NCBI GenBank assembly: GCA_030148745.1
Contig: JASBSV010000013.1
Span: 164-64,163 of the forward strand
From: Paracoccaceae bacterium
GTDB lineage: Bacteria; Pseudomonadota; Alphaproteobacteria; Rhodobacterales; Rhodobacteraceae
Length of the DNA stretch: 64,000 bases
Direction: 5' to 3'
This document shows, in pieces, positions 19,910 to 29,657 of this stretch. Under the pieces are notes generated by a model, which was given only the letters and a program-made list of their open reading frames with translations, did no database searches and was not told where the DNA came from. Both the position numbers and the translations under genes were made by a program. Numbering within the stretch: the first letter of the stretch is position 1; the number at the start of each line of letters is the position of its first letter.

Positions 19910-20980
19910 TTACTTGGTGTCCAGCGCCAGATCTTCGTTGATCTTGGCCTCGGCGTCGGCCACGGCCAGTGTCATGGCGTCAAACACCGCTTCGCCGCCC
20001 TTCACATTGGCCTTGAACCAGGCATAGACAGGCTCGGCCGCGGCTTTGAACTTGGCCTTTTCTTCGGGTGTCGGCACATAGAGATCGCCGCCACCTGCGA
20101 CAAAGTCCTGATAGGCCTTGATCGATTTACGCTTGGGGCTGGCGAAGGTGGCCTGTTGCAGGGCATAGAACCCATCGACCACGACGCGGCGCATATCCTG
20201 CGGCATCGCCATGAACTTGTCGTTGTTCATCCACCACAGCGCGCCCATATAGGCGTGACCGTCCAGCGTGACGTATTTCAGGCCGGCATCGGGGAATTTC
20301 ATGCCCATGATGTCGGTGATCCCGTTCTTGGAGCCTTCGACAACGCCCGTCTGGAACGAGGTGAACAGCTCGGGCCACGGGATCGGCGTGGGGGATGCGC
20401 CCATGGCGCGCACCAGTTCCTGCGGCAGATCGGCGACCACCGTGCGGATCTTGAGCCCTTTGAGGTCGGCGGGCGTCTTGACCCGGTGTTTGGTATTGGC
20501 AAAGTTGCGCCAGCCGCCGGTGTTGCCGATGGTCATCAGACGGATCTTGCCGCCCGAATCCTCAAGCGCCATATCGCGCATCGTGCGCACAAAGTTGCTG
20601 CGCAGAACCGCCTCAGCAATGCGGTCATCCGACATCAGGTAAGGCAGGTCCAGAACCTGCACATAAGGGAAGATGCCCGCAGCCCCGCCCGAGGTCGAGA
20701 TATAGACATCGATCGATCCGTCGGCCACGCCCTGAAGGCATTCAGCGCCTTTCGAGCAAAGCTGCGTGCCGATGAAAGGCTCGACCTTGATCGCCCCGTT
20801 CGAGGCGCTTTCGACATAGTTCTTGAAGACAACGATCCCGTCGTAATCTTCGTCGTTTTCGTTCGAGTTTGCGGTGACGCGCAGCGTGAACTGGGCGCCG
20901 TGACTTGCCGCAAGGCTTGCCAGCGTTGTGCCCGCCAGCATTGTCGCGGCCAGCGCCGCCGTTGTGAGACCTTTGAGCAT
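19910..20980 (-). CDS. dctP: TRAP transporter substrate-binding protein (DctP family)
   Basis: 356 aa with signal peptide MLKGLTTAALAATMLAGTTLASLAA. DctP-family fold. GGGAGGA RBS present. Confidence 0.9.
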   Translation of the reverse strand: MLKGLTTAALAATMLAGTTLASLAASHGAQFTLRVTANSNENDEDYDGIVVFKNYVESASNGAIKVEPFIGTQLCSKGAECLQGVADGSIDVYISTSGGAAGIFPYVQVLDLPYLMSDDRIAEAVLRSNFVRTMRDMALEDSGGKIRLMTIGNTGGWRNFANTKHRVKTPADLKGLKIRTVVADLPQELVRAMGASPTPIPWPELFTSFQTGVVEGSKNGITDIMGMKFPDAGLKYVTLDGHAYMGALWWMNNDKFMAMPQDMRRVVVDGFYALQQATFASPKRKSIKAYQDFVAGGGDLYVPTPEEKAKFKAAAEPVYAWFKANVKGGEAVFDAMTLAVADAEAKINEDLALDTK

Positions 20981-21027
20981 GTAAGTTCCTCCCTATGCTA
21001 TGATGGTCATGTCGGGCAAAGCGCCCA

Positions 21028-22515
21028 TTACTGAACGAACCCCGTCAGGCGGGGGATCGTCATCGAGATGAAGGGGAAGTAGGTGATCAGGAAGATCACG
21101 ATCACTTCCACGGCTAGAAACGGCAGGATGGCGCGGGCGATGGTTTCGACCTTTTCGCCCGAGACGGTCGAGGCCACGAACAGAACCAGCCCCATGGGCG
21201 GCGTGGCAAGGCCGACGGTCAGGTTCACGCTCATGATGATGGCGAAATGCACCGGATGCACGCCAAGTTCGGTAAAGATCGGCCCAAGGATCGGGCCAAG
21301 GATGATGATCGCGGGGCCGGCATCCAGAAACATGCCGACGATGAACAAAAGGACGTTGATCAGAAAGAGCAGGATCAAGGGGTTGTCGCTAAGGCCAAGG
21401 ATCGCGCCGGTCAGTGTCTCAGGCGCATGTGACAGCGATACGACGGTCTTGAACGCCACCGCCGCGCCCACCAGCAACAGAACCGCCGAGGAGGCCAGCG
21501 CCGAGCGTGACAGAACGCCGGACAGATCGCTGACCTTCATCGAACGCAGGACAAAAAAGCTGACCACAAGGGCATAGGCCACGGCGATGGCGCTGGCCTC
21601 GGTCGGAGTGAAGACGCCGATCAGGATGCCGCCAAGGATGATGATCGGGGTCTGAAGCGGCGCCACGGCCTTTTTGCACACAATGCGGAAATCATGGCTG
21701 ACGCGTTTGCGGTATCCCACAAGGATGAAATGCGCCACCGGCAGCATCACCAGAAAGACCAGCCAGCCATTGACGGCAAGGCCCAGCCCGGCGGCGCTGT
21801 TGATCAGCGAAAACAGACCGTAAAGCAGGCCTGCGACATTGATCCGCAACAGGATCAGGCTGACCCAATATTCCAGATCGCTGATCGTCTGGTTCTTGTG
21901 AACGATCCGCTCGGCCTTGGGCAGGTCATAGCGGTCGGCCATCAGCCGCACCATGATCATCAGGCCCACGCCCACCAGAATGCCCGGCACGATCCCCGCC
22001 AGAAACAGCGCCGCAACGCTTTCGCCCATGACATAGGCATAGATGATCATGATCCCCGAAGGCGGGATGATCGGGCCGATGACCGAACTGGCCGCGGTGA
22101 TGGCGGCGGCAAAGCGGCGGGTATAGCCGTTTTTCTCCATCGCCGGGATCAGGGTGGAGCCAAGGGCCGAGGTATCGGCCACGGCCGAGCCGGATAGCCC
22201 GGCAAAAAGGATCGACGACAGAATGTTCACATGTGCCAGACCGCCGCGCAGGTGCCCCATGAAGGCCTGCGAAAAATCGACCAGCCGCTCGGTAATGCCG
22301 CCGCGGTTCATGACCTCGCCGGCAAGGATGAAAAACGGCAGCGCCATCAGGGGAAAGCTGTCCATGCCGTTGTAAACATTGCGGTACATCAGGGCGATGT
22401 CGCGTTCGGCCCCGGTTGACCACAGCAGGATGCCCGGGGCGGCCAGAAGGGCAAAGACCACCGGCAGACCGATCATCAGCACGACAAGGAAAAGCGGAAG
22501 GAACCAGATCAGCAT
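21028..22515 (-). CDS. dctM: TRAP transporter large permease (DctM family)
   Basis: Polytopic membrane protein of about 495 aa beginning MLIWFLPLFLVVLMIGLPVVFAL. An alternative start lies at 22545. Confidence 0.9.
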   Translation of the reverse strand: MLIWFLPLFLVVLMIGLPVVFALLAAPGILLWSTGAERDIALMYRNVYNGMDSFPLMALPFFILAGEVMNRGGITERLVDFSQAFMGHLRGGLAHVNILSSILFAGLSGSAVADTSALGSTLIPAMEKNGYTRRFAAAITAASSVIGPIIPPSGIMIIYAYVMGESVAALFLAGIVPGILVGVGLMIMVRLMADRYDLPKAERIVHKNQTISDLEYWVSLILLRINVAGLLYGLFSLINSAAGLGLAVNGWLVFLVMLPVAHFILVGYRKRVSHDFRIVCKKAVAPLQTPIIILGGILIGVFTPTEASAIAVAYALVVSFFVLRSMKVSDLSGVLSRSALASSAVLLLVGAAVAFKTVVSLSHAPETLTGAILGLSDNPLILLFLINVLLFIVGMFLDAGPAIIILGPILGPIFTELGVHPVHFAIIMSVNLTVGLATPPMGLVLFVASTVSGEKVETIARAILPFLAVEVIVIFLITYFPFISMTIPRLTGFVQ

Positions 22516-22519
22516 CGCC

Positions 22520-23107
22520 TCAATCCGCCAATGCCAGGGGGCCATCGTCCAGCGCGGGCAATCGCCCCGCGCCGCCCAGAAGCCCGATGATCGATCTTAG
22601 CAAAAGCTCGATATTGACCAGCGTTAACAGCAAGATACCAACCCAGAGCGACATATACATCCACGCCAGCTTGATCTTGACCGTGGTGCCGCCAATCAGG
22701 CCAAGCGGCAGTTTCAGCGAGGATGACGCGAAAAGCCAGCCCGAGTTCACATGCCGGTATCCGATCTGAATGCCCACCACCAGAACCATCAGCGCGATCA
22801 GGCTCAGAAGCAGCACCAGAAGCGCCGCCGCGCGGGGCGCGATGGCGCGTTCGAACATGTCGATCGCCACAAAGCCGCCGCGCCGATAGGCCGAGGGCGC
22901 GATCAGCCCGGTCATCCACAGCATCAGGAACCGCGCTGCCTCTTCCGGCCATGGCAGCGCGTTGTTCAGCGCATAGCGCATGAATATCTGCAAAAGGATC
23001 ACGATCACCATGACGGCCAGCGCCACAACGGCAAGGCCGCGCCCGATCCTCAGGATCAGGCGATTGATCAGCTGCAGGGGCCACAAAAGCCCGAACAACA
23101 GCGCCAT
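22520..23107 (-). CDS. dctQ: TRAP transporter small permease (DctQ family)
   Basis: 195 aa with 4 predicted TM helices. GGAGG RBS precedes ATG 23107. Lies directly upstream of dctM. Confidence 0.8.
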   Translation of the reverse strand: MALLFGLLWPLQLINRLILRIGRGLAVVALAVMVIVILLQIFMRYALNNALPWPEEAARFLMLWMTGLIAPSAYRRGGFVAIDMFERAIAPRAAALLVLLLSLIALMVLVVGIQIGYRHVNSGWLFASSSLKLPLGLIGGTTVKIKLAWMYMSLWVGILLLTLVNIELLLRSIIGLLGGAGRLPALDDGPLALAD

Positions 23108-23169
23108 ATGGCGTCCTCCCTTTTTACGCGCGGCTGCCCTTTCTGCGGGGCTTGGCCAAAGTGGTGCGG

Positions 23170-23691
23170 CTAGTCCGAGGCCTGAAAGCGCCCGAATTTG
23201 CCGCGTGAAAACAACAGGGGCGTGCCCTCGCGCGTGGTGGCGCGGGTGACACGTCCGACAATGATATGATGATCGCCGCCGTCGTGAACGGCGGTGGTCT
23301 CGCACTCGAACCGCGCGATACAGCCTTCGATCAATGGCCGGCCCAGATCGCAGGGCGCCCAGTCGAGCCCTTCAAAACGGTCGCCGTCGCGCGCAAACCT
23401 CTGGCACAGCTCGGCCTGACGGTCCGACAGCACATGGATCGCGTAATGCTGGGCGCGGATGAAATGGGCAGTCCGGTGCGAGGCTTTGGCCGGCGACCAG
23501 AGAACCAGCGGCGGGTCGAGCGAGACGCTGGCGAAACTGTTGACGGTCATGCCCAGCGGGCCCTGATCGGTCATCGTGGTCACGACGGTCACGCCGGTGG
23601 CGAACCGGCCAAGCGAGGCGCGAAAGGCGCGGGCCGTGTCGGGGCCGGGGGTGAATGTCTCCATTGCGCTGCCTCCGCCGTCGGCCATCAT
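23170..23691 (-). CDS. NAD(P)H-dependent flavin reductase (HpaC/SsuE-partner type, flavin reductase-like domain)
   Basis: Motifs FATGVTVVTT and MTVNSFASVSLDPPLVLW. ATG 23691 forms an ATGA overlap with the AKR stop. An alternative ATG at 23664 has a GGAGG RBS. Confidence 0.8.
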   Translation of the reverse strand: MMADGGGSAMETFTPGPDTARAFRASLGRFATGVTVVTTMTDQGPLGMTVNSFASVSLDPPLVLWSPAKASHRTAHFIRAQHYAIHVLSDRQAELCQRFARDGDRFEGLDWAPCDLGRPLIEGCIARFECETTAVHDGGDHHIIVGRVTRATTREGTPLLFSRGKFGRFQASD

Positions 23692-24581
23692 GGCACCTCG
23701 TGGCCCAAAGCCGCGGTATAAAGATCAAACCACGTCTGGCGGTCCATCTCTACCTTGAATGCATCTGACAGCCGCGCGATCCGGGCCGGCGTATTGGTCC
23801 CCATCACCGGCATGATCCGCGCCGGATGCGCCAAAAGCCATGCCACGGCAACCGCGCCCGCATCAACGCCGTCGCGCGCTGCGATCTTTTGCAGCCGGGC
23901 CGCCGCCGCCAGCGTCTGATCGGTCATCAGCGCGCCGCCGCCAAGGGGCGACCATGCCATCGGCGCAATGCCGCGTTCGAGCAAAAACGCCAGATCGCCG
24001 TTGGTCAGGCAGTCATGCGCGCTCAGGCTGATCTCGATCTGATTGGTGACAAGCGGGGTTTTCATCGCCGATTGCAGCAGCGTCCAGTCCCATGGGCGAA
24101 AGTTCGACACGCCCACGGCGCGGATCTTGCCGCTTGCCTGCAACTCATCCAGAGTGGCGCCGGTTTCATGGTGGTCCATGAACGGGTCGGGGCGGTGGAT
24201 CAGCAACAGATCGATCTGCTCGACCCCCATCAGGCGCAGCGAATGATCGACCGAGGCCTGAATATGCGCGCGGCTGGTGTCGTAATATTTCAGTGGTTTG
24301 TCTGAATGCCGCCCTGCGGGGGCGATGATGTCGCATTTGGTGACGATCTCGATCTGATCCTTCAGCGCCGGGGCGGCGCGCAGGGAGTTGCCAAGGATCT
24401 CTTCGGCCATATAGCCGCCATAGATATCGGCCTGATCCATCGTGGTGATCCCCTGAGCCAGGCAAGCCTCGATCTTGGCCTGAACATGGGCGGGGCTGGT
24501 TTCGGCGTCATCGCCAAGGCGCCACATGCCATAGACGATACGGCTGAGTGACAGATCGGGGCTTAGGGTGATGCGTTCCAT
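23688..24581 (-). CDS. Aldo/keto reductase family oxidoreductase (YdhF-like)
   Basis: 297 aa from MERITLSPDLSLSRIVYGMWRL. AKR fold. The start overlaps the stop of the upstream monooxygenase gene by 1 nt. Confidence 0.85.
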   Translation of the reverse strand: MERITLSPDLSLSRIVYGMWRLGDDAETSPAHVQAKIEACLAQGITTMDQADIYGGYMAEEILGNSLRAAPALKDQIEIVTKCDIIAPAGRHSDKPLKYYDTSRAHIQASVDHSLRLMGVEQIDLLLIHRPDPFMDHHETGATLDELQASGKIRAVGVSNFRPWDWTLLQSAMKTPLVTNQIEISLSAHDCLTNGDLAFLLERGIAPMAWSPLGGGALMTDQTLAAAARLQKIAARDGVDAGAVAVAWLLAHPARIMPVMGTNTPARIARLSDAFKVEMDRQTWFDLYTAALGHEVP

Positions 24582-25735
24582 CAGCGGCGCTCTCCTGCGC
24601 CAAGCGGCGTCATTGGCGTGGATGCCGGCACCCGGCCATAGGCCTGCGGCAGGGAACAGGTTTTGAGGTTGGGCAGAACCTTGGTGCCAAAGTGGCGGCA
24701 TTCATCGATATGCGGATAGCCCGAGAAGATGAAGGCGCGGATGCCCATCTTCTGATAGGCCTCGATCTTGCTCATCACCTGATCGGTGGAGCCGACCAGC
24801 GCGGCGCCACAGCCCGAGCGCGCCCGGCCAACCCCGGTCCAGAGGCCCGGTTCGACATAGCCGAATTTATCGGCCAACTCGCGCGCCTTGGCCTGATGCG
24901 CCACGCCCAGCGATATGCTGTCATGGGCCCGGTCGCGGATCAGTTTGCCGTATTCATCATCCAGTTTCGAGACGATGTAATCGGCATATTCGCGTGCCTC
25001 GGCCTCGCTGTCGCGGACGATCATATGAACGCGCAACCCGTAATCAAGGGTTCTGTCATATTTTTCAGCGGCCTGATGGGCGTCCTTCATGCGCTGGGCC
25101 AGATTTTCCTGCGGCTCGGGCCACATCAGATAGACATCGCAATGCTGGCCGCAGAGGTCCAGCGCCGCAGGCGAATACCCCCCGAAATACAAAAGCGGCC
25201 CGCCGGTCTGATAGGGTTTGGCGGGATCGGTGGTTATGTCTTTGAAATCATATACCTGCCCGGAATAGTTGATCTTGTCCTGGGTCCAGGCCTGTTTGAG
25301 AATTTCCACCACCTCGCGCGATCGCTGGTAGCGATAGGCGCTTTCGGCCACCTCGCCGGGGAAATCCGACGAGATGATATTGACCGTCAGCCGGCCCTTG
25401 AGCATGTGATCGAGCGTGGCAATGGTGCGCGCCAGCATGATCGGCTGCATCTCGCCGCAGCGCACGGCGGCCAGCATGTTGATCCTGTCGGTCAGCGGCG
25501 CACATCCGGCCACGAAGGACAGCGTGTCCTGACCCACCTGATAGGATGAGGGGCAGAGGATATTGCGAAAGCCCTGCTTTTCCGCCTCAAGCAGAATGTC
25601 GCGGCAATGCTCCCACGAGGAGCGCAGCGCGCCGTCGGGCACGCCCAGAAACTGATAATCATCCGAGCAGAGCGCGGAAAACCACGACACTTCGGCGGCA
25701 TCAAGATCGGCTGAGGTGACGGGAACTACGGTCAT
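24581..25735 (-). CDS. LLM-class FMNH2-dependent monooxygenase, SsuD/alkanesulfonate monooxygenase-like
   Basis: 384 aa and collinear with SsuD-type proteins (GRLTVNIISS..., LYFGGYSPAA, CDVYLMWPEP, GLRVHMIVRDSEAEA, LWTGVGRARSGCGAALVGS, IFSGYPH). Confidence 0.85.
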   Translation of the reverse strand: MTVVPVTSADLDAAEVSWFSALCSDDYQFLGVPDGALRSSWEHCRDILLEAEKQGFRNILCPSSYQVGQDTLSFVAGCAPLTDRINMLAAVRCGEMQPIMLARTIATLDHMLKGRLTVNIISSDFPGEVAESAYRYQRSREVVEILKQAWTQDKINYSGQVYDFKDITTDPAKPYQTGGPLLYFGGYSPAALDLCGQHCDVYLMWPEPQENLAQRMKDAHQAAEKYDRTLDYGLRVHMIVRDSEAEAREYADYIVSKLDDEYGKLIRDRAHDSISLGVAHQAKARELADKFGYVEPGLWTGVGRARSGCGAALVGSTDQVMSKIEAYQKMGIRAFIFSGYPHIDECRHFGTKVLPNLKTCSLPQAYGRVPASTPMTPLGAGERR

Positions 25736-25827
25736 CGATTCTTCCGGATTTTTTCAAAACTTGCCTCTTGCGTAGCATCTCTCTTTAGGTGCATCAATAG
25801 TGTATCAATTTTAAAAGGCCCGACCCC

Positions 25828-26523
25828 TTGCACCCGCAATCCGCCCTGCCGCTTTATATCCAGATCAGCGAACTTCTGATCCGCGAAATGACGGCCGGGC
25901 GGCTTTTGGCGGGCGAGAAACTGTTGCCCGAGCGTGAGATGGCGGCGGATATGGGGATCTCGGTCGGCACGCTGCGCAAGGCGCTGGCCGATCTGACCGA
26001 AAAGGGGTTGATCGAGCGGCGGCAAGGCTCGGGCAATTACGTGCGCAAGGGCAATCTGGCGGCGGCGGTCTATTCCTTCTTCCGGCTAGAGCTGCTGGAT
26101 GGCGGGGGGCTGCCGACGGCGCGGGTGCTGTCGGTCGACACAATGGCCAAACCAGCCGACTTGCCGCAATTTGGCAGCAGCGACAGGGCACACCGGATCC
26201 GGCGGCTGCGGTTTATCGACGGGCAGAAAGTGGCGCTGGAAGAGATCTGGCTGGATGGCTCTTATGCCAGTGCGCTGCCGGCGGGCGAGCTGTCGGATTC
26301 GCTTTACCTTTATTACAAGACCGGGCTGGGCCTGTGGATCATGCGCACCGAGGATCGGGTTGGCGTGGGCGCCTTTCCGGACTGGGCGCCGGAGGAGTTC
26401 ACCCCGAACAGCCCCGCCGGTTTTGTCGAGCGCATCAGCTGGGCTCAGGATGACAGCCGGGCCGAGGTGTCGCGCACATGGTTTGACGGGCAGAAGGCGC
26501 GCTTTGTTGTGCGCATGACATGA
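25828..26523 (+). CDS. GntR family transcriptional regulator (HutC subfamily, UTRA effector domain)
   Basis: HTH region LPEREMAADMGISVGTLRKALADLTEKGLI, 231 aa, TTG start. Divergent from the monooxygenase operon. Confidence 0.85.
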   Translation: MHPQSALPLYIQISELLIREMTAGRLLAGEKLLPEREMAADMGISVGTLRKALADLTEKGLIERRQGSGNYVRKGNLAAAVYSFFRLELLDGGGLPTARVLSVDTMAKPADLPQFGSSDRAHRIRRLRFIDGQKVALEEIWLDGSYASALPAGELSDSLYLYYKTGLGLWIMRTEDRVGVGAFPDWAPEEFTPNSPAGFVERISWAQDDSRAEVSRTWFDGQKARFVVRMT

Positions 26524-26530
26524 GGGACAA

Positions 26531-27622
26531 ATGACAAGGCAATTGAACTATGGCCTGATCGGGGCCGGGATGATGGGGCATGAGCACATCAAGAACGTAA
26601 GGCTTCTGGACAATGTCCGGGTTTCGGCGGTGCTGGACCCTGACAGAGCAATGCGCGAGGCGGCGGTCGATCTGTCGGGCGGAGCGCGCGAGGTGGAAAC
26701 CATCGATCAGATGCTGGATATCGACGATCTGGATGCGCTGATCATCGCCAGTCCAAACTTCGCCCATCTGGGCCAGTTCGAAGAGATCGCGGCCAAACGG
26801 GCCCTGCCGCTGCTGATCGAAAAGCCGCTTTATACCGATCCGGGCGATGCCGCGCGGGTGGCCGCGCTTGGCGCCAGCTATCCCGCGCCGGTCTGGGTGG
26901 CGATGGAATACCGCTATATGCCACCCATTCAGCGCCTGCTGAGCGAGGCGGGCGAGGCCACGGGCGGAGTAAAAATGCTGACCATCCGTGAACATCGCTT
27001 TCCGTTTCTGCCCAAGATCGGCAACTGGAACCGCTTTAACCGCAACACCGGCGGCACGCTGGTCGAAAAATGCTGTCATTTCTTTGACCTGATGCGGCTG
27101 GTGATCGGTGATGAGCCCTGCCGGGTGATGGCCAGCGCCGGTCAGGTCGAAAACCACCGCGCCGAAAACTATGATGGCGAGATGCCCGATATCTGGGACG
27201 CCGGCTATGTGATTGTCGATTTCAGGGGCGGCGCGCGCGCGATGCTTGAGCTGTGTATGTTCGCCGAAGGCTCAAAATATCAGGAAGAGATTTCGGCGGT
27301 GGGCGCGGCCGGCAAGATCGAATGTCTGGTGCCCGGCCCGGGCCGGATGTGGCCCGCGCATCTGGGCGCGCCGCCGGTTCCGATGGTGATCCGCTCGCCC
27401 CGGCTGCCGCGCGGGCCGGTGGCAGAGGAGGTTCAGGTGGATCCTGCGTTGCTCGCGGCGGGCGATCACAACGGATCGACCTTCTATCAGCATCAGAAAT
27501 TCGCCGAGGTCGTGCGCGGGCAGGGCACCCCCGAGGTGACGCTGGATGATGGCGCACGCGCGGTGGCGATGGGCATGGCAGCGCAGAAATCGGCGATGCT
27601 GGGCCAGGCGGTCGATCTTTGA
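26531..27622 (+). CDS. Gfo/Idh/MocA family oxidoreductase
   Basis: N-terminal Rossmann motif YGLIGAGMMGHEH and EKP motif (LLIEKPL). 363 aa. Confidence 0.85.
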   Translation: MTRQLNYGLIGAGMMGHEHIKNVRLLDNVRVSAVLDPDRAMREAAVDLSGGAREVETIDQMLDIDDLDALIIASPNFAHLGQFEEIAAKRALPLLIEKPLYTDPGDAARVAALGASYPAPVWVAMEYRYMPPIQRLLSEAGEATGGVKMLTIREHRFPFLPKIGNWNRFNRNTGGTLVEKCCHFFDLMRLVIGDEPCRVMASAGQVENHRAENYDGEMPDIWDAGYVIVDFRGGARAMLELCMFAEGSKYQEEISAVGAAGKIECLVPGPGRMWPAHLGAPPVPMVIRSPRLPRGPVAEEVQVDPALLAAGDHNGSTFYQHQKFAEVVRGQGTPEVTLDDGARAVAMGMAAQKSAMLGQAVDL

Positions 27623-27824
27623 TCCAATAGCGCGCCTGCGGCGCATCCCTCCTGGCACTTCCTGCGCTTTGGCGCAAAGGGCCGGTGCCGCGCGCGCCGA
27701 TGAGTTTTGCCGGGGGCAGGGGCGCTGAGAAAAATGCCGCTTTTGGATGGCTGAGGGTCGTATAGCCCATGCGCCCTGGCCGTATTTGCGGCACTCGGAT
27801 GGTATCACAAGAGGAGATACCGCC

Positions 27825-29033
27825 ATGAGACGCGATCGTTTGCAGGATTATTCGGGCAACGGGCAAAAGGCCGTTCCCACCTTTTCAGCCGCCGAAATGG
27901 CCGGGCGGGTTGCGCGTCTGCGGGCGCATATGGAGGCGGCGGATATCGATGCGGCGCTGATGAGCTCGTATCACAATATCAACTATTATTCCGATTTCCT
28001 CTATTGCCAGTTCGGACGCCGCTATGGGCTGGTCATCAGCCACGATATGGTCACCTCGATCTCGGCCGGGATCGATGGCGGCCAGCCATGGCGCCGGACG
28101 GTGGGGGCCAATGTAACCTATACCGACTGGCAGAAGGATAATTACTTCCACGCGGTGCGTGAGCTGACCGGCGGGGTGCGCCGTCTGGGGATCGAGTTCG
28201 ATCATATCACCATCGAGACGCTGGATCTTTTGAAGGCCGAGTTTCCGCAGATGGAGTTTGTCGATATCGCGGCGCCGGCGATGCGGCTGCGGATGATCAA
28301 ATCGGAAGAAGAGATCGCTCATATCACCCAGATGACCCGGATCGCCGATCTGGGCGCTGCGGCGGTGGTCGAGGCGGCCAAGGTCGGTGTGCCCGAGCAT
28401 GAGGTGGCGCTGCATTCGACCGCCGCCATGGTGCGCGAGATCGCCAGAACATGGCCCGAGGGTGAGCTTTTGGACACATGGACGTGGTTTCAGTCGGGCA
28501 TCAACACCGATGGCGCGCATAACCCCGTGACCGCGCGCAGGATCGAGGCCGGCGATATCCTGTCACTGAACTGTTTTCCGATGGTAGCGGGCTATTACGT
28601 GGCGCTGGAGCGTACGCTTTTTGCGCAAAGCGCCACAGAGGAAGAAATCCGCCTGTGGGAGTTCAACTGCAAGGTTCACGACCGGGGCAAGGAGCTGCTG
28701 GTGCCCGGCAATTCCTGCGCCCAGATCGCGGCCGAGCTGAACGAGCTATACGCCAGCGAGAACCTTTTGCAGTATCGCTCGTTCGGGTACGGCCATTCCT
28801 TCGGGGTGCTGTGCCATTACTATGGCCGCGAGGCGGGGCTTGAGCTGCGCGAGGATTGCGAAACGGTGCTTGAGCCCGGAATGGTCGTGTCGATGGAGCC
28901 GATGATCACCATTCCCGAAGGGCAGCCCGGCGCGGGCGGCTACCGCGAGCATGACGTTCTGGTGATCACGCCCGAGGGCAACCGCAATATTACCGGCTTT
29001 CCCTATGGGCCCGAACATCTGATCCTGAGCTAG
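27825..29033 (+). CDS. Creatinase (creatine amidinohydrolase, M24 fold)
   Basis: Near-collinear with Pseudomonas putida creatinase as I recall it (SYHNINYYSDFLYC, IDGGQPWRRTVG, YTDWQKDNYF, WFQSGINTDGAHNPVT, FGYGHSFG, YYGREAGLELRED, PGAGGYREHD). GAGGAG RBS precedes ATG 27825. Confidence 0.9.
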   Translation: MRRDRLQDYSGNGQKAVPTFSAAEMAGRVARLRAHMEAADIDAALMSSYHNINYYSDFLYCQFGRRYGLVISHDMVTSISAGIDGGQPWRRTVGANVTYTDWQKDNYFHAVRELTGGVRRLGIEFDHITIETLDLLKAEFPQMEFVDIAAPAMRLRMIKSEEEIAHITQMTRIADLGAAAVVEAAKVGVPEHEVALHSTAAMVREIARTWPEGELLDTWTWFQSGINTDGAHNPVTARRIEAGDILSLNCFPMVAGYYVALERTLFAQSATEEEIRLWEFNCKVHDRGKELLVPGNSCAQIAAELNELYASENLLQYRSFGYGHSFGVLCHYYGREAGLELREDCETVLEPGMVVSMEPMITIPEGQPGAGGYREHDVLVITPEGNRNITGFPYGPEHLILS

Positions 29034-29056
29034 GGGAGGCGCCAATGCCCCGAACA

Positions 29057-29092
29057 CCCGCCCGCGCCGCAACGATTGAGCGGCGGGGCGGG
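29057..29092. terminator. GC-rich hairpin between convergent creatinase and RfaH-like genes
   Basis: 13-bp stem with one bulged G (CCCGCCCGCGCCGC / GCGGCGGGGCGGG) and a 9-nt loop. No clear U-tract on either strand. Confidence 0.4.
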
Positions 29093-29114
29093 CCTGTGTC
29101 GGGGCGACCGGCTT

Positions 29115-29657
29115 TTACAGACGCTCGAATTTATCGGCCGGCATGCCGACCTTGGTTTTCTGACCCATCATGTCAAACAGTACCCAGACCCGGCGGTCGG
29201 GGGCGATGCTGGTAACCTCGGCGACGAAGTCGGAAAACGGCCCGCTGCGCGCGCGCACCTTGTCGCCCGGGCTCAACTCGTCCCGAGGGGGCTGCATCAG
29301 CCCGCTGTCATCGCAGCGCCGCCTGAGCTCCTCGATCAGGCCCTTGGGAACCGGGCGCGGGCCCGTGCTGTCGAACTGAACCAGACGGGCGACGCCATAG
29401 CTGCTGTTGACCTTGCGCCATTGCGGGTTGGCCCGCGAAAACGCGGTAAAGAGATAGCCGGGAAAAAGCGCCCTGAGGTCCGATTTGAACCGGTCGCCGC
29501 TGCGGTGGGTTTCCTGCACCATCGGGCAGAAGACGGCAAAGCCCTGACGCTCAAGATTGCGGGTGGCCCGGACCCTTGCGTTGGGTTTGAGCTGAACCAG
29601 AAACCAATCCAAATCGTCATCCGCGCCCGCCGGGCCCGGCAAAGGATCATGAATCAT
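29115..29657 (-). CDS. NusG-paralogue transcription antiterminator (RfaH-like, NGN + KOW)
   Basis: Aligns with RfaH: WFLVQLKPNARVRATRNLERQG vs WYLLYCKRGQ..., LFPGYLF, KOW-like GDKVRARSGPFSDFVAEV. In-frame ATGs at 29657, 29669, 29678 and 29690 all overlap the 3' end of the upstream kinase gene. Confidence 0.75.
   Translation of the reverse strand: MIHDPLPGPAGADDDLDWFLVQLKPNARVRATRNLERQGFAVFCPMVQETHRSGDRFKSDLRALFPGYLFTAFSRANPQWRKVNSSYGVARLVQFDSTGPRPVPKGLIEELRRRCDDSGLMQPPRDELSPGDKVRARSGPFSDFVAEVTSIAPDRRVWVLFDMMGQKTKVGMPADKFERL

Noticed and set aside
27653-27667. Sigma54-like string TGGCAC-ttcct-GCGC about 160 nt upstream of the creatinase gene.
   Set aside because: The GG-N10-GC spacing is right, but the -12 element is GCGC rather than TTGC. 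No enhancer-binding protein gene or upstream activator repeats are visible, so the support is too weak to call.
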